This document shows positions 1 through 12,569 of a DNA stretch of 64,000 nucleotides, one piece after another. The stretch covers positions 9,238,001 to 9,302,000 of the forward strand of contig CM119375.1 in the NCBI GenBank assembly GCA_051294905.1. The letters are read 5' to 3'. Within the stretch, counting starts at the first letter, position 1; each line of letters begins with the position of its first letter. This stretch comes from Botryllus schlosseri. Taxonomy: Eukaryota. The notes below the pieces were generated by a model that saw nothing but the letters and a program-made list of their open reading frames with translations, did no database searches and had not been told where the DNA came from. Position numbers and translations under genes: made by a program.

Positions 1-587
1 TGGCGGTGGAACGCCAACTCGCGCGCGTATAATAGCATTTGGGAAGGCTAAAATTAAACAAAAGGTCATCACTCGGGCAATTCGACCGTGATGTCGAAAT
101 TTTCGGCGAAGTAGTTGACCGTTTTTTTAGTCAACCCCATCAGAGCCTATGGCTATAAACAAACATTGACATGACGTTGGTTGATGACCTATTGTCTATT
201 TCTTTTTTAGTTATCTTCTGGCGAAACCTTACACTTGGGGTACTCACTGTTTTTTTCAGTTTAGGCCTATTCATGGTATTTCGACATGGTCATTTTAAAC
301 CAGGCTGGTAACACATTTTATTATTCCCGAAATGCCAACTTATAGCGTGGTTGACTATAGCTCTCGCTTGTTCGATTTGGTAAAGATTACTCAAGACAGT
401 CGACTATGTATGTGTTCGTCTGTTCGATCAGATTAAGATGACTAAAGACGGTCCCTTGACACTTCGACAGCAGTTAGCTACGTAGGCGGGTACTGGAAAT
501 ATGTATAGCCTAAGCATCGGCGTAGCTATAGGGGAGTAGCCAGAGGCCATATCCCTTCCCCCAAATGTTTCATAAATTAACATAAGG

Positions 588-2079
588 CAGTGGTTCCCAA
601 CCTTTTTCATCTCGTGCCTCCCTTGACCGAAATTTAAGCCAAAATTCCCCCCTTAGGATAAATCTGCCCAACGATTAAAAAAGGTCATTTTTACCGCGCA
701 AACACCTGTTGACTGAGAGAATAAGACGGGCGGTACCTAGTGTTTGTTTCTAGCAGTGTTGTAACAACACTTTGTAGATCTCGAACAACAATGGTCTTGC
801 TCGCAATCAAACAAATTTTGGAACGCTCGACTCAACAGACCCCCACACTTCCATTTGTGTTTTCGGCTTACCATATGCACCAATCGCGAAACTATGTGTT
901 GTGAAAAATCAGTATGCATGGATTTGGTGGTCTCGCGATTTTTTTCAAGTTTGCGTATGCATTTGACCAATAATATTGGTACTTTCGTATATAGGAGGGT
1001 TGACCAGACTCGAGTCTGACTCGAATCTACATTTTCTGACGACTCGACTAGACTCGAGTCATTTTATCAAAATACGGAAACGACTCGACTTGACTTGGGT
1101 ATTGAGTCGACTTGGACTCGAGTCATTGAGCATTCCTCGAAACAAGCCATATGACTCGAGGATATAAGACGGCCAAGACCGACATTTCATTGTAATTTAG
1201 AAGAACAGTACAGCGACCACCCTATTGGAATTTCGTCTATTGATCCTGGTACTTGACAATGCGACAAGAAACTGCTCAAAGTGAGGAAAATTAGTATATC
1301 ATAAATCCAAATCATTCAATATCACCAAACAGTGTTGTCTGGGGTGTGACTTCGACTCGGATTCGAGTCATAATACCATGACTTGGACTCGACCCTCTGC
1401 TCTGTGACTTGGACTCAGACTTGACTCACTGATGAATTGAAAATGACACGACTTGACCCGAGTCAAAACTATGAAAGTGAGAGTGACTTGTGACTCGGAG
1501 CCTCGTGATTTAGTTACAGCCCTGATATATAACATACACGTGATCAGATTCCCTGCTGGAGCTCATTGAAATTTAGGACACCCATTACGTTTCGGCAACA
1601 TTGCACCAAGTTTAATATGTCTTTTTTTTGATCGGGTAGCTGTTCTTTGACTTGAATCGATGACGTTGGAATATTTTGTCACTGTCTGAAAATGTTGACT
1701 TGAAAATATAAGGTAAATACTTTCACTAGAGGCCTTGTTATGATAGATTCGGCTCAACATTTGCTCGCTTAGGATATAGTTGATTGAGAGGCCGTCTCTG
1801 GCCTACAAAATTGTCTTGCGAGCTGCAGCACATCTGAACTAGTTTGAAAAAAGGGGGGAATTTGTATGTGAAAAAGAGATTTCAAATAGCATTTGAGCAT
1901 ACTTTCAGCAAGCAAAAAACAGCCATGAGGAGCATACGTTCGGATATAACTGGTTGACTACATGACAGTTCGGACATGAACAATTTGGAAAATCCGTTAC
2001 AATTCCTAAGTAGAATTCCTCCCTAAAAATTGCAAAATTCCCCCCAAGGGGGGAATTCCTCCCCGGTTGGGAACCACTG
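588..2079. mobile_element. Non-autonomous hAT-type DNA element (TIR CAGTGGTTCCCAACC)
   Basis: Terminal inverted repeats and perfect 8-bp TSD ACATAAGG at 580-587 and 2080-2087. Confidence 0.92.
995..1524. mobile_element. Nested MITE rich in GACTCGAGTC/GACTTG motifs
   Basis: Ends GAGGGTTG...CAGCCCTG, degenerate TSD GTATATAG/ATATATAA, many subterminal GACTCG repeats; lies inside 588-2079. Confidence 0.65.
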
Positions 2080-2893
2080 ACATAAGGTGAAGTATTTTTG
2101 AGCCAGTTGTATCGAACTTGAAATATTTCTTGACGCCACGCGCGATGTATGTTGTCAGTAGATTTTTTAATTGTTGAGTAACTACCTCGCCTGATAAGTA
2201 AAAAGGAAAAATTAGACCTAATTAAAAATACGAATGATGAACAAAATTTAATTTAATTGTATTTCCGTGTTCTGCCTCCGGATGCGGTACTATTAGGCAT
2301 CAGCTTTTCGGCGCCAAGATGCAAAGCAAGGCAGATAAAGCTTTAGCCAGCACGAAGTGCGATGTCAGAAAGACTGCCGGTGATAAAACATTGGCCGAAG
2401 ATCGCGCGGGATGGTCCTGTCCTCGCAATCTGATTCCTGCCGTACAAATGCGACCAACAGAGGGAAATATTGAACCCCGTGAATAAATGCAAAATGGGAA
2501 TCCTGCGCGTCTCACCTTTAATTTAATTTGTTGTGTAGCCTACGTGTGAGCGATTATTTTAGTGGCGACGACTTTCTCCAGAGGTCACGAAATAACAGCA
2601 TGCCTAAACTAATTAATTATTGACAATTGGCGCACCCGACACTCACCCTCCAGAAACTCGTGCCCGTGTGGCATGAATATTTCGTGGCCGTGTTTATGTT
2701 TATGACATTGTTTCTAAGTCAATCAGGGCCGAAATAAGGCCGAAAGAAAACGAAAACTTAACATGAAATTAATTTTTCAAAATGTGTAAAATTGACATAG
2801 ACTACTTTGATTCCACAGCGACGATATAGCTCAAGATGTATAGCTACGTGTCTTCTAAATCTTTGAAGACACAGCTTATATTAAGTCTATCGG

Positions 2894-3444
2894 CAGTGGT
2901 GGCCTTACGATTGGGGGGCCCTGGGTGAGACTTTCAGAGGGTCCTCATAAGTATGTAATCGCAATTTATGGGTGGCGGAGCCCCCCAGGCCCCCCTTTAC
3001 CGTATGTTATTACCGACTGAATATTAGTGCGCCATATGGTACGGAATTATGTGGAGTATGTATGACACCGTAACCGCAACTATACTACGGGATAAATAGC
3101 CACACTGATGTGGAAAGCCATCGGCTGACATCAGTAATAAGCCAGCACACTACGTCAAGGTTTGAGCCACAGGCGCTGGATTAGGCCGTATCTATTATTG
3201 CATGTGTGAACGGATTGACAAAATCAAAACTAAGAAACACTACCGCATGCAGAGACGTGAGGATTATTGGAATATTGGACTTTTCTAACAAATGCAGAGA
3301 TTTGATGATGATTGACCAATCTATACGGAATCGCCTTCTTGATTGGTGCACGGATTTCCACGTTTATTCCCTATAATCCTGGAAGAAAGCGCCTAAATCA
3401 AAGAGGGGGTCCCGGGCGACCGCCCACCCCAAAAGCCACCATTG
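2894..3444. mobile_element. hAT-type MITE (TIR CAGTGGTGGC)
   Basis: CAGTGGTGGCCTT ... AAGCCACCATTG; TSD TCTATCGG/TCTATCGA. Confidence 0.8.
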
Positions 3445-3484
3445 TCTATCGATGTCTGATGTCTGATGATGTTACCGTATATGC

Positions 3485-4689
3485 CAGTGGTTCCCAACCT
3501 TTTTATCATAATTCCCCACTTCCGATTTATTCCGAGCATTCATTCCCCACCTAAAATCTCTCTATCCATATCTATGCTTTAAAGTGCTACCGCCAATAAA
3601 ATTTTGCAATACTTTGCTTAGTAAAAAGTACATGCTATTGGTGATTGATTGTTAAGATCCCCAGAATTGATCAGTACACAATAAAATTAACGCAGCGGTG
3701 AACTGATAACCGTAAACGCACCTCCACGAAATATATATGTGCGGAACGGATCGACAAATTCTCTGGTCCGACTCCGACCCGGTTTTTCAATTCTCTGGTC
3801 CGACTCCGGCCAAAAGTGAAACATTCCGGCCGGAAATCCGGCAAGGTGTGGTTCTGTGAATTTATAAATATGGCTCGTTTATTTTCGCACTGGTTTTGCG
3901 GTTACTTGCGTGTGGTTGGTTGGTAGTTATTTAGTTACAAAAGTCTTGCTTATCCATAAAGATTCTGGCTGTATCAAAAAAGTACTGAACCGGCTCCGAT
4001 CCTGCTCCGGCCAAAATTGAAAAAAAATCGACCGGATATTCAATCCGGCTCCGGTCCATGCTCCGCACTAAAATATATATATCTACCCCGGCGCGGAGCC
4101 AACAGCAAAATAGGAGGGGTTTGAAAATTTTATAAATGTTGGGTGGTAGCATCAATTTACATAAGTAAATGCCGAATAATACATGGGTCAGCTAAACTTC
4201 CTGATGTTGACGAACTTATGTGTGCGATATATATATAAGCCACCGTAAACTACTCTGTCGCACATTACTACTAAAAGAACTTGAAATAACATAAATATGT
4301 AATTTCATTTGTAGCGAGTCCGGATGCGCTATCACTTAGCGAGTCCACGATCTCCCTTGAATACATGTTCAGCAATATGAGCTCTTATTACAACGAATCA
4401 GAAGTTTTCTATCACAACGTTTCGTGACCGATGATGGTGTACAAATGAATAAAAACATTCGCTGGAGATGACGTGTCGCTATCGAGGCGATTCTCGCTAA
4501 TTGAAGGCATGATATAATATGAATCGCTGAATTGCAAATGAGCTACGAAATATTCGCTCGGCATTTCAAAACGACATTTAATAAAGGAGAATATTACTGT
4601 AAAGAATTTTTCAAAAGTGAGTCTATTCCCCACCAGAAATTCCGAAATTCCCCACCAGTGGGGAATTCCCCACCGTTTGGGAACCACTG
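3485..4689. mobile_element. Non-autonomous hAT-type element (TIR CAGTGGTTCCCAA)
   Basis: TIRs and perfect TSD GTATATGC; repeated ATTCCCCAC subterminal motifs. Confidence 0.92.
3737..4070. mobile_element. Nested MITE rich in TCCGG/CCGGA motifs (TIR (TA)GTGCGGA)
   Basis: TSD AAATATAT on both sides; lies inside 3485-4689. Confidence 0.78.
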
Positions 4690-4759
4690 GTATATGCCAT
4701 AGCCTATGCTTCGCGCGGAAGCGGAAGTGATGGCTCACTGATTTTCCATAACATAAATA

Positions 4760-6042
4760 CAGAGGGGTCAGTAACGAAGTACTTCTATTTTTTCGAAGTA
4801 CTCAAGTAGTTTTCCTCTACTTCTGGTACTTACTCAAGTATATCTGATTTTTCCTACTTCTACTTCTACTTCGTAATATTTAGTGATCTACTTACTTACT
4901 TTTCGCTATTTTCAGTTTGTCAAGTAGAAGTAGTTCAATCCTCCTATCAGGAAGATTGCCTGAGGAATGTCGGGGCAACGGAGTATTAACATTTAATTTT
5001 CATAAAAGTTGAGTAAAGCCCAGAATTTTCGTCGCGCTTCGCGCGCAATGGATACCGACTGCCCAGTATGATTTCACGAAAGTATCGGTGAATATAATTT
5101 AAGTAGCGGGTTGGCATGGTTCCGTTCACACCACATTGTCGCCCTTCGCCCATATGAAATATTTCATCATAGTATATATGGCTTGTCACAATGTTTGAAA
5201 CTGATGTTTCGCAATCTAGCATATACTTATCATATCGTAGTCTAGAATGTCCATGGCTTGTCCTAATCTGGAAAATCGGACTCTGACTTTTCTTTTAGTT
5301 TTAGAGCATGTTTTAGCATACCATCTTTGAAACTTTCTGGACTAAAGACATGAAATACATGTTCCTCTTTCAGTATATTAATATTTCACTTTCAATTCCC
5401 AGTATCATACACTTTGAGTTCTGATTGATATCAGTTCTTTTATCTTGATAACATACATGTTGAAGTATAAAAGTGTAGTAATACCTTTCCGGAAATAAAG
5501 CTACACAATATGGCAATTTTACGGTCAGCACCATATTTTTTATTTACGTCTATTGATCGCTAAAAATGTTTACTATCCTATACAACTTCTCCGTATTGCT
5601 CTTCGACTAAACTACGGGCCTTATAATATGGCGGAGGGTGCCATATCATGATATTTTCTATGACGTGTTGTTCGAGAAAACAGAAGATTAGTATCGCATT
5701 TTCATATCAATACTATCATTTTAATCCCATGATGCGGACGAATATGCTTATGCTGTCGAAAATTGGATACCTCCTGGTATGCATCAATACGAATCAAGCT
5801 CTCTGCGCCTGCCACATAGCTCCATTCGCAGCTTTTGACAGTCGATGCGAACTAATTAAGACTGTTTTCAAAACTACTTACTTACTTGAGTAGATTTGAA
5901 GTCAGTCAATTCTACTTCTACTTCAAGTAGTTTTAGGTGGATTATGGAAGAATTACTTCTACTCGTACTTGAGTAGATTTTTTTTCGCTACTTCTACTTC
6001 TACTTGAGTAGCTTTCTTGACTACTTTGACTGACCACCTCTG
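4760..6042. mobile_element. hAT-type element with (CTACTT)n subterminal repeats (TIR CAGAGG(T)GGTCAGT)
   Basis: TIRs; TSD CATAAATA/CATTAATA. Confidence 0.85.
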
Positions 6043-6277
6043 CATTAATATTATGTCTTCGGGTGGACGTTATGTAGAAATATCGCCCCAGTATACGTGT
6101 TAATGACCCAATAAGGACCCGAGACAATCCTTTTTTACCATATTTTTCCATCTCTTGAAAAATAATTTCTGGCTACGCCCTTGTCTATAAGCACTCTTTT
6201 AATCCCATATGAGAGTGTTACACTGAAATACAGCATTTGTTGAGTCATTTAGTATACAAATACTGTACCATCAGTAT

Positions 6278-8030
6278 CAGTTTATTTATTATTTCACCTT
6301 TTCAAAACACCGTAACACTGCGATACAATGAAAATATAGGAAGGTGCCGAAACGACATGGAGTAGTCTTTGAAATCAGGGACCCCCTGGGTCTAGGCCAG
6401 TGGTTCCCAGCGTGGGCGATATCGCCCCCAGGGGGCGATTTGGCGGTCTAGGGGGGCGAAAATAACGAAGGGGGTGATAGGGGGCGAAAACGAACGAAGG
6501 GTGCGATGGCGCGTTACAACAGCTATATTGGAGTCGGGGACCGTACCTACCGCACCCCAAACCCCCCAATTGGGGGTGGGGGGGGGCCGAAATCGAAGCG
6601 GGCCCAAAATTATTTCGTGAATTAACATAAATTATATAGTAATTTTGTAGATATTCATGGAACTTTTCCAAAATATTTCCGCGCAGGGCGCGATTTAGTA
6701 TTTTCATATATCTTGATTTCGGGGTACCCGTCACCCAACATAAATATGCATGATTTATGGAAATGGGAGAGTTCGGCGTCGGCCATTACTGTGCTACGAC
6801 ACACCAAGACGTATGAAGTTAGAGGCCATGTAACATTCGACTCCGAGAAGTGTGCCAGAACGATCAGCAGCGAGAAGACCTTGGCGGAAAAGGAATGCCC
6901 TTGTGCTCACCGAAAACTTCGATATATACACTACACATATATGTTCAATTATCCATAGGCGCCTCAATGGCTGGCGTGTGATGTTCCTGTCCTGGCGACC
7001 TTAACCCTACAGGACAAATGCCATCCCGCAAGTAAAAAATTATATGACAGTAAGAAACACCAATTTGAAATCATGTGCGTCTTTTAGTTTGGTACGTTTT
7101 GACGATTTCCATATCTTCTGACGTAGCAGATATAGGAGGTCACGAAATATAGCATCATGTAACGAAGTCAATATGACAACGATTCCGCCCGAAGATGTTT
7201 AATTATTACTGAGGGGTCCTACACCTTTTCCAACACACCACACTCAGCTCTACCGGTAAATCTGATTACGTTAGCAGAAAGAGGATTAAAAATTGATAGC
7301 AATATATATGCAATTCCAAACCATATTGACCGATTCAAACGTGAATTATATAAATTTGTCGCGCTTCACGCGTTTCGGCGAAATACGGTGTCTCATCAAA
7401 CAGTACATGAAATAGGGTATAGCTGATATGTAGCGACAAAAAGCCCACTGGCTGAGGGGGGTCTGGGGTTTGGTTTATCACCCTATGGGGCCAAAGACCA
7501 AGCATTTTTTTTTTTTTGGGGGGGGGGGGGTGACGAAGTGCTGTTTTTCAGTTCCCAATATTTGGGGGGGGGCGATGATCAGTGAGGAGTTTCAAAAGGG
7601 GGCGATGAGTCGAAAAAGGTTGGGAACCACTGGTCTAGGCAATGTAACGAAGAGGCATGCATGCATAAAAAGTAAAAAGTATATAATATAAAAGGACCAT
7701 CGACAAAATGAGGGGGCAATTAGTGACTGAAGGCGGGATCAACATTTCTTGGTCCGGTAAACTTTTGCCTCACTATAGTATTTATTCAGTAGAAATTGCT
7801 TGTACTTCGACTTGAATGTGAACATGCTCGACTACTGTCGGATATCCGGCGAGATACTGTCGCACAATTCAGATCCGGCATAATTGATAGAGCGACGATA
7901 TTTCATGTCGACCATATCATAGTTGGACGAGAGGGACGCGCATATATTGTAGCCTATCCTACTTATGCGCTTTTGGTACGGAGATTAGGAAGTCATTAAA
8001 ATTTTCAGGGCGAGTGACCAGAATGGAACT
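6278..8030 (-). mobile_element. 3' end of an L2/Crack-like non-LTR retrotransposon, interrupted by the hAT element 6398-7632
   Basis: Minus-strand translation of ~7770-7900 gives KYRRSINYAGSELCDSISPDIRQ*SSMFTFKSKYKQFLLNKY, the typical C-terminus of L2/CR1-group ORF2, with a stop and frameshifts. The 3' UTR ends in an AATAAATAAA tail near 6281. Homologous copies lie at ~25060-25340 and ~33085-33455. Confidence 0.72.
6398..7632. mobile_element. Non-autonomous hAT-type element with GGGGGCGA subterminal repeats
   Basis: TIR CAGTGGTTCCCA and perfect TSD GTCTAGGC. Confidence 0.93.
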
Positions 8031-8577
8031 GATACCCAAACTTGACAATACTTAGTTTCCGCATATCTTTTATATCTAGGAGACCGAATCTTTTGAACGG
8101 TGATTTGTTGGACGCACAACCTGACGCCCTTTAGCGCCCGGGCTATCATACGGAGGGCCTGATGTTGTAGTGTTTGTAGTGGCTTGAGGGCGCTAACACA
8201 GACATCCCCTCAACAGAGGATGTCATAACTTTGATTGGAATGAAGATTTCAAGAGTATCAGAAGGACCTAGAGCGGCACGCAGTCTCTAGGGCTGTAGAA
8301 CAGACCACAGTTCTATGATGATTATTTTTTTAGCGAGGGTGTCACTTTTCCATTACAAATAACCTGGAGGTATAATTCCTGTGCGTTTTATGCAATTAGT
8401 GCTAATTACTGTAACATAGCGCAGCTGCAATTCATTTATTATCCAACAGTACAGTATTTTTAATGTGTTTTAACTCGGAAAAAGCCGTTTCTCCGCAAAA
8501 CATTAAAAAACAGTACGAACATTGCACGTACTGTTAGCAAGGATAAACATTACTTGGTAATATTTCGATTCCATGAT

Positions 8578-8665
8578 TACTCGCTATATTTCGGTTTCGG
8601 AATGTGAGCGACTTGGAGAGTACTCGCTATATTTCGGTTTCGGAATGTGAGCGACTTGGAGAGTA
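8578..8665. repeat. Perfect 43-bp tandem duplication
   Basis: TACTCGCTATATTTCGGTTTCGGAATGTGAGCGACTTGGAGAG twice (8578-8620, 8621-8663). Confidence 0.97.
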
Positions 8666-9302
8666 AACCAGAATTGTTATATGCGAAGAGAACATGTTGA
8701 CGCAAGGACATAACTTGAAAGCTTTTTTGATTTGAAATAAGATTCCATACGTAACAGCATGCTATAGAAGATCATCCCAACCAGTCTTCTCTTGTCTTCA
8801 GATTCTGGATGATGCCATTTGCATCCAGGATTGTAAATTACCATTCGCCTGGTGTGCTATCGTGATATTGGTTCCATTTATTGCACCTGAAGAGCATCAC
8901 ATGTGATAGGCTACTTGTGTCCAACATCATTTCACTATAAGATAGTCGGAATGCCGCACGACCGGTAACTAATTTCGCTCATTCAAAATCTGTTCAATTA
9001 TCTGATTGCGTCTTATATCTAAATGAGTCGTATGATTTTGGGGCATGACTTAGTTTCTTACTCCAATTAGTCGCATGGTCAATTGGTCATAGTCAATCTG
9101 CGCATTGAGTTATTTGGTAATCTCTGGAGAGTGGAGATATGTCCCATCTGTGAAGATCCTAGTGAACGTAAGATATCTGCCTGCGGTAGGCATAACCAGG
9201 CAGCAGTGGTGCCTTTTTAAGCATGTACGTAGGCCAAATCATGCACATTGCACACGCTCTGTGCGCAGCACACATTTAAGTTGGACTATTCTAAATGTAG
9301 AG

Positions 9303-10325
9303 CAGGGGTCACCAACCTTTTTGCAGCCGAGGGCTACTTTTGCGTAATGATTGAAGCGGCGGGCTACTATTTACTCCCACCGTTTACCCGTACTACACTG
9401 TATTTCCGTTTTGATATTCATAGCACTGAGCCGGACTGGACATCATGTTATCTGTTTCTATAGCAGTCAGTGGGAAGTCTGGCATTGGATGATATCAACT
9501 AGTGCGCTGTACTCTGGTATATAACTTGGCACTGCAATTCTGAGTGAGTGGTCCAGATGTGCATTAATTGGGCGTTAAGGCGGATTCACTACAATAAGTT
9601 GAACCATAGACGCTTGTAACCTTCATAGCTGCTGCGCATACACCACTGTACTTTTCCGTATCAACAAGGCATCAAACGTTTGCTGCAGACAGAGGTGGGG
9701 GTCATTTTGCAGTGCTACAATTTCAATCTCCAACTGTTCAGCATCCAGAAATGACAAGATTTCATTATACCGGACAGCAGCAACGATTACATAAAGTTAA
9801 AAACATGGCATACTAAACTGCGTTGAGTGTAACAGAAACAAGCTGTGTCAAAAGATGCAATACGTAATGGGTATACAGATATTCAAAATCTGCTAGTACT
9901 TCACGACCATCTAACTCCAAGAAGTAATATTGTTTACTACTTTATCACTGTCCTGGACGTCGAGCTATCATAACGGAACCCCCCGCCATTTCAAGAAGAC
10001 CGTGATTGGCATTCCGTCATGTCGCCTGTATAGGCAATGCGCCATATCTTCAATTTCTGGTGATTCTATCACATACATCTATATATCACTAATTGTAATT
10101 GAGGATGTTTTTAAGTGAATATATATGTAAGTTGTATGTAGTGTATTTTAAACAAGAATAGCTGAATCAATCAATCTATATATTTAATAGCACACTGGTA
10201 ATAATATGTTACTAATATTGGCAAATGCTGCTATTCCACCTATTTTAGAACGCGGGCTCGCGGGCTAACTCATCTAGTCCTCGCGGGCTACCTGGGGACC
10301 GCGGGCATCGGGTTGGTAACCCCTG
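9303..10325. mobile_element. Non-autonomous hAT (Charlie/Buster-like) element (TIR CAGGGGTCACCAACC)
   Basis: TIRs, CGCGGGC subterminal repeats, perfect TSD ATGTAGAG. Confidence 0.93.
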
Positions 10326-12526
10326 ATGTAGAGAGATGCATTTGATTCTCATAGCGATGATTAGCCGCAGTACTCGAAAACAAGTCCCGATATAATTAAA
10401 ACTAATGCTCATACTGTGAAAGGTCATATTTATTCGTATTTGCGCGCACACTATAAGATATTATGACCAATGCCATTGAACCCTTCTTGCCAGGTTTACA
10501 GCTCTACACCCAAAACCCTTGTCATATGGTATTGTTTGTTTATCTTGCCTCTGATCTCCGAAGGTGCAGTTGTGCAAGACCACATGAAAATGGAATTTTT
10601 AAACGCAAAAGTATGAATGCTAATAGTGATATAATCTAGTAACTTACTGGTAGGAATTAATCCTATATTTATTATCGGCTTATCATAGACACAATCCGTG
10701 CGATTTTGGGTGCTAGCGTAACATTGCCGTAGGATATAAATCAAACAGCCGACCATTTCATTTCGATTTCAATAGACCGGTTGCATTAGCCTCACAGCTT
10801 GTGTTATGGCCGGCGTATTCAATGTCGATGCAGCAGTAGACAATACCGCAGTTGATTGATTTTTAACAATGCCGAATCAAGATGATATGCCATCAGGGGA
10901 ATAGTGAACATTTTAGGGACAGAAAATCTCTCAACAATGAAATGATGTCATAGATATACTGTGATGGAATAAACGATTATGAAATTGTAATATTGCAATC
11001 AGAAATGAATAAGCCAAGAGCGAGTTTTGGTCCCTCATGAATATGGCATCACGCAATATACCTCGAAAAGAACAATAGTTATTTTGGTGATACTCTTACG
11101 AACCAAATTGATAGCTCTGTAAATCTAATTATTTCTTGGAGTTGATTGTTATGTGTTCGGCAACACTCACAGTATTTTGTGCAGGGAGACTATAACCAGA
11201 AAAGCCTAGCGTATGGGCTGTATTTTCAAATAGCTAAAATGAGGTAAAATATGAAGTCAACCCAATCCTAATTGACGAATCGTTCTCTACCCCCGGATGC
11301 TACGAGTCCATTTGAACAGTACGTCAATATCCGATAAGAATTAGCTAGGATTGGGTATATTTGACAAGATTACTTTTTCAATACCGTCAGGTATTTTCGC
11401 GCTCAATGCTGCGATGCTTCAATACCATAAAAAGAGATGCCAGCTTGCAATTACTTGCGCGGGGACTGAAGCGTCCCTCACCGTTACTTCGTTCGACTGC
11501 GGGTTAGAGTAAATATGCCCGTGTCAAAAGTCTAGTTTCGTGGGCTGTTGCATGACTAACAGGATACGGGATACCCATAACATTTTCAAATAGTTATCTT
11601 TGATACTGATCAAAAGTACAAATACGAACTGGTGACTCAATGATATCATTTCGTGTCTCGAACATTAAGTACTTTTGTCACGCATAAACGCAGCGTAATC
11701 TTGGTGTCTTCAAGTCATAAATGAAATTGACAATAATGTGAATGTGCCATAAAGGCACTTATCTGCGATTCTGCATCGGCTTTATTGTAATCCGAACATG
11801 ACATCTTGATTGGAGTGCAGCTTTTGCCTAATTAATTCTGTGCTTTACGCACCACTTTATTGTTCTGCTGATGAGCGATTTTATTGCAGCCGCCAGTTTA
11901 TGGGCGTTTGGTATTCACCTGTGCATTTGAGAAAAAGGGATGTGCCCGTAGCGAATATAAGGATTGGGGATCATAATATGATAATACGTCCTTGGACAAT
12001 GAAAGACAATTATGAAAAAGATGTTCAATGCTTATCGGTGCTTGGTCCCGATCAACTTAAACTAGAAATCAAATTGAATAAGAATTGGATGATGCGACTA
12101 TATTGCCTTCGTCAGTTCGGTATTCCTCTGCTCGTACCTCTACGTTTGACTTCGTAACTTCTGCTGTTACTCTCCGAAGCAGTAACCATCATCGTTTACT
12201 CGTTTTCATCGTGTATTTGGCAGTTCTGTATCCATTGGTTTGGCACATACTTTGAAAGCCTTCAAGTCCTATTATGAATAGTCCAAGTCAGTTAGTAATA
12301 TTCAGGCAGGCATACGGCACGATTTTGAAGGCATATGCTCAACAGATCGGGGAAACGTCCCTAGTTCTTTTCTCATTGGTCGAGTCAGCGCGTCGTCACG
12401 ACATAATTTTTTTCCGACCTTGTTCTCTACTATAACGTAACAATGCAGTGATAAAAGAGTAACGGGGCGAGGAGTTTCAGCATAACGTGTGAACTCTTGT
12501 CGTTTAATTGTGTAGCAACGAAGGAT

Positions 12527-12569
12527 ATGAATATAATATTTCAGCTTGGTGCTGCCATTGCAGTATTTG
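12527..12569 (+). CDS. Carbonic anhydrase exon 1 (signal peptide MNIIFQLGAAIAVF)
   Basis: ATG at 12527, hydrophobic run, donor G|GTGAGT in phase 1 matching exon 2. Confidence 0.8.

Noticed and set aside
12360-12526. CA core promoter elements (reverse CCAAT at ~12375, TATA-like words)
   Set aside because: Short words like these are expected by chance in AT-rich DNA and the transcription start is unknown.
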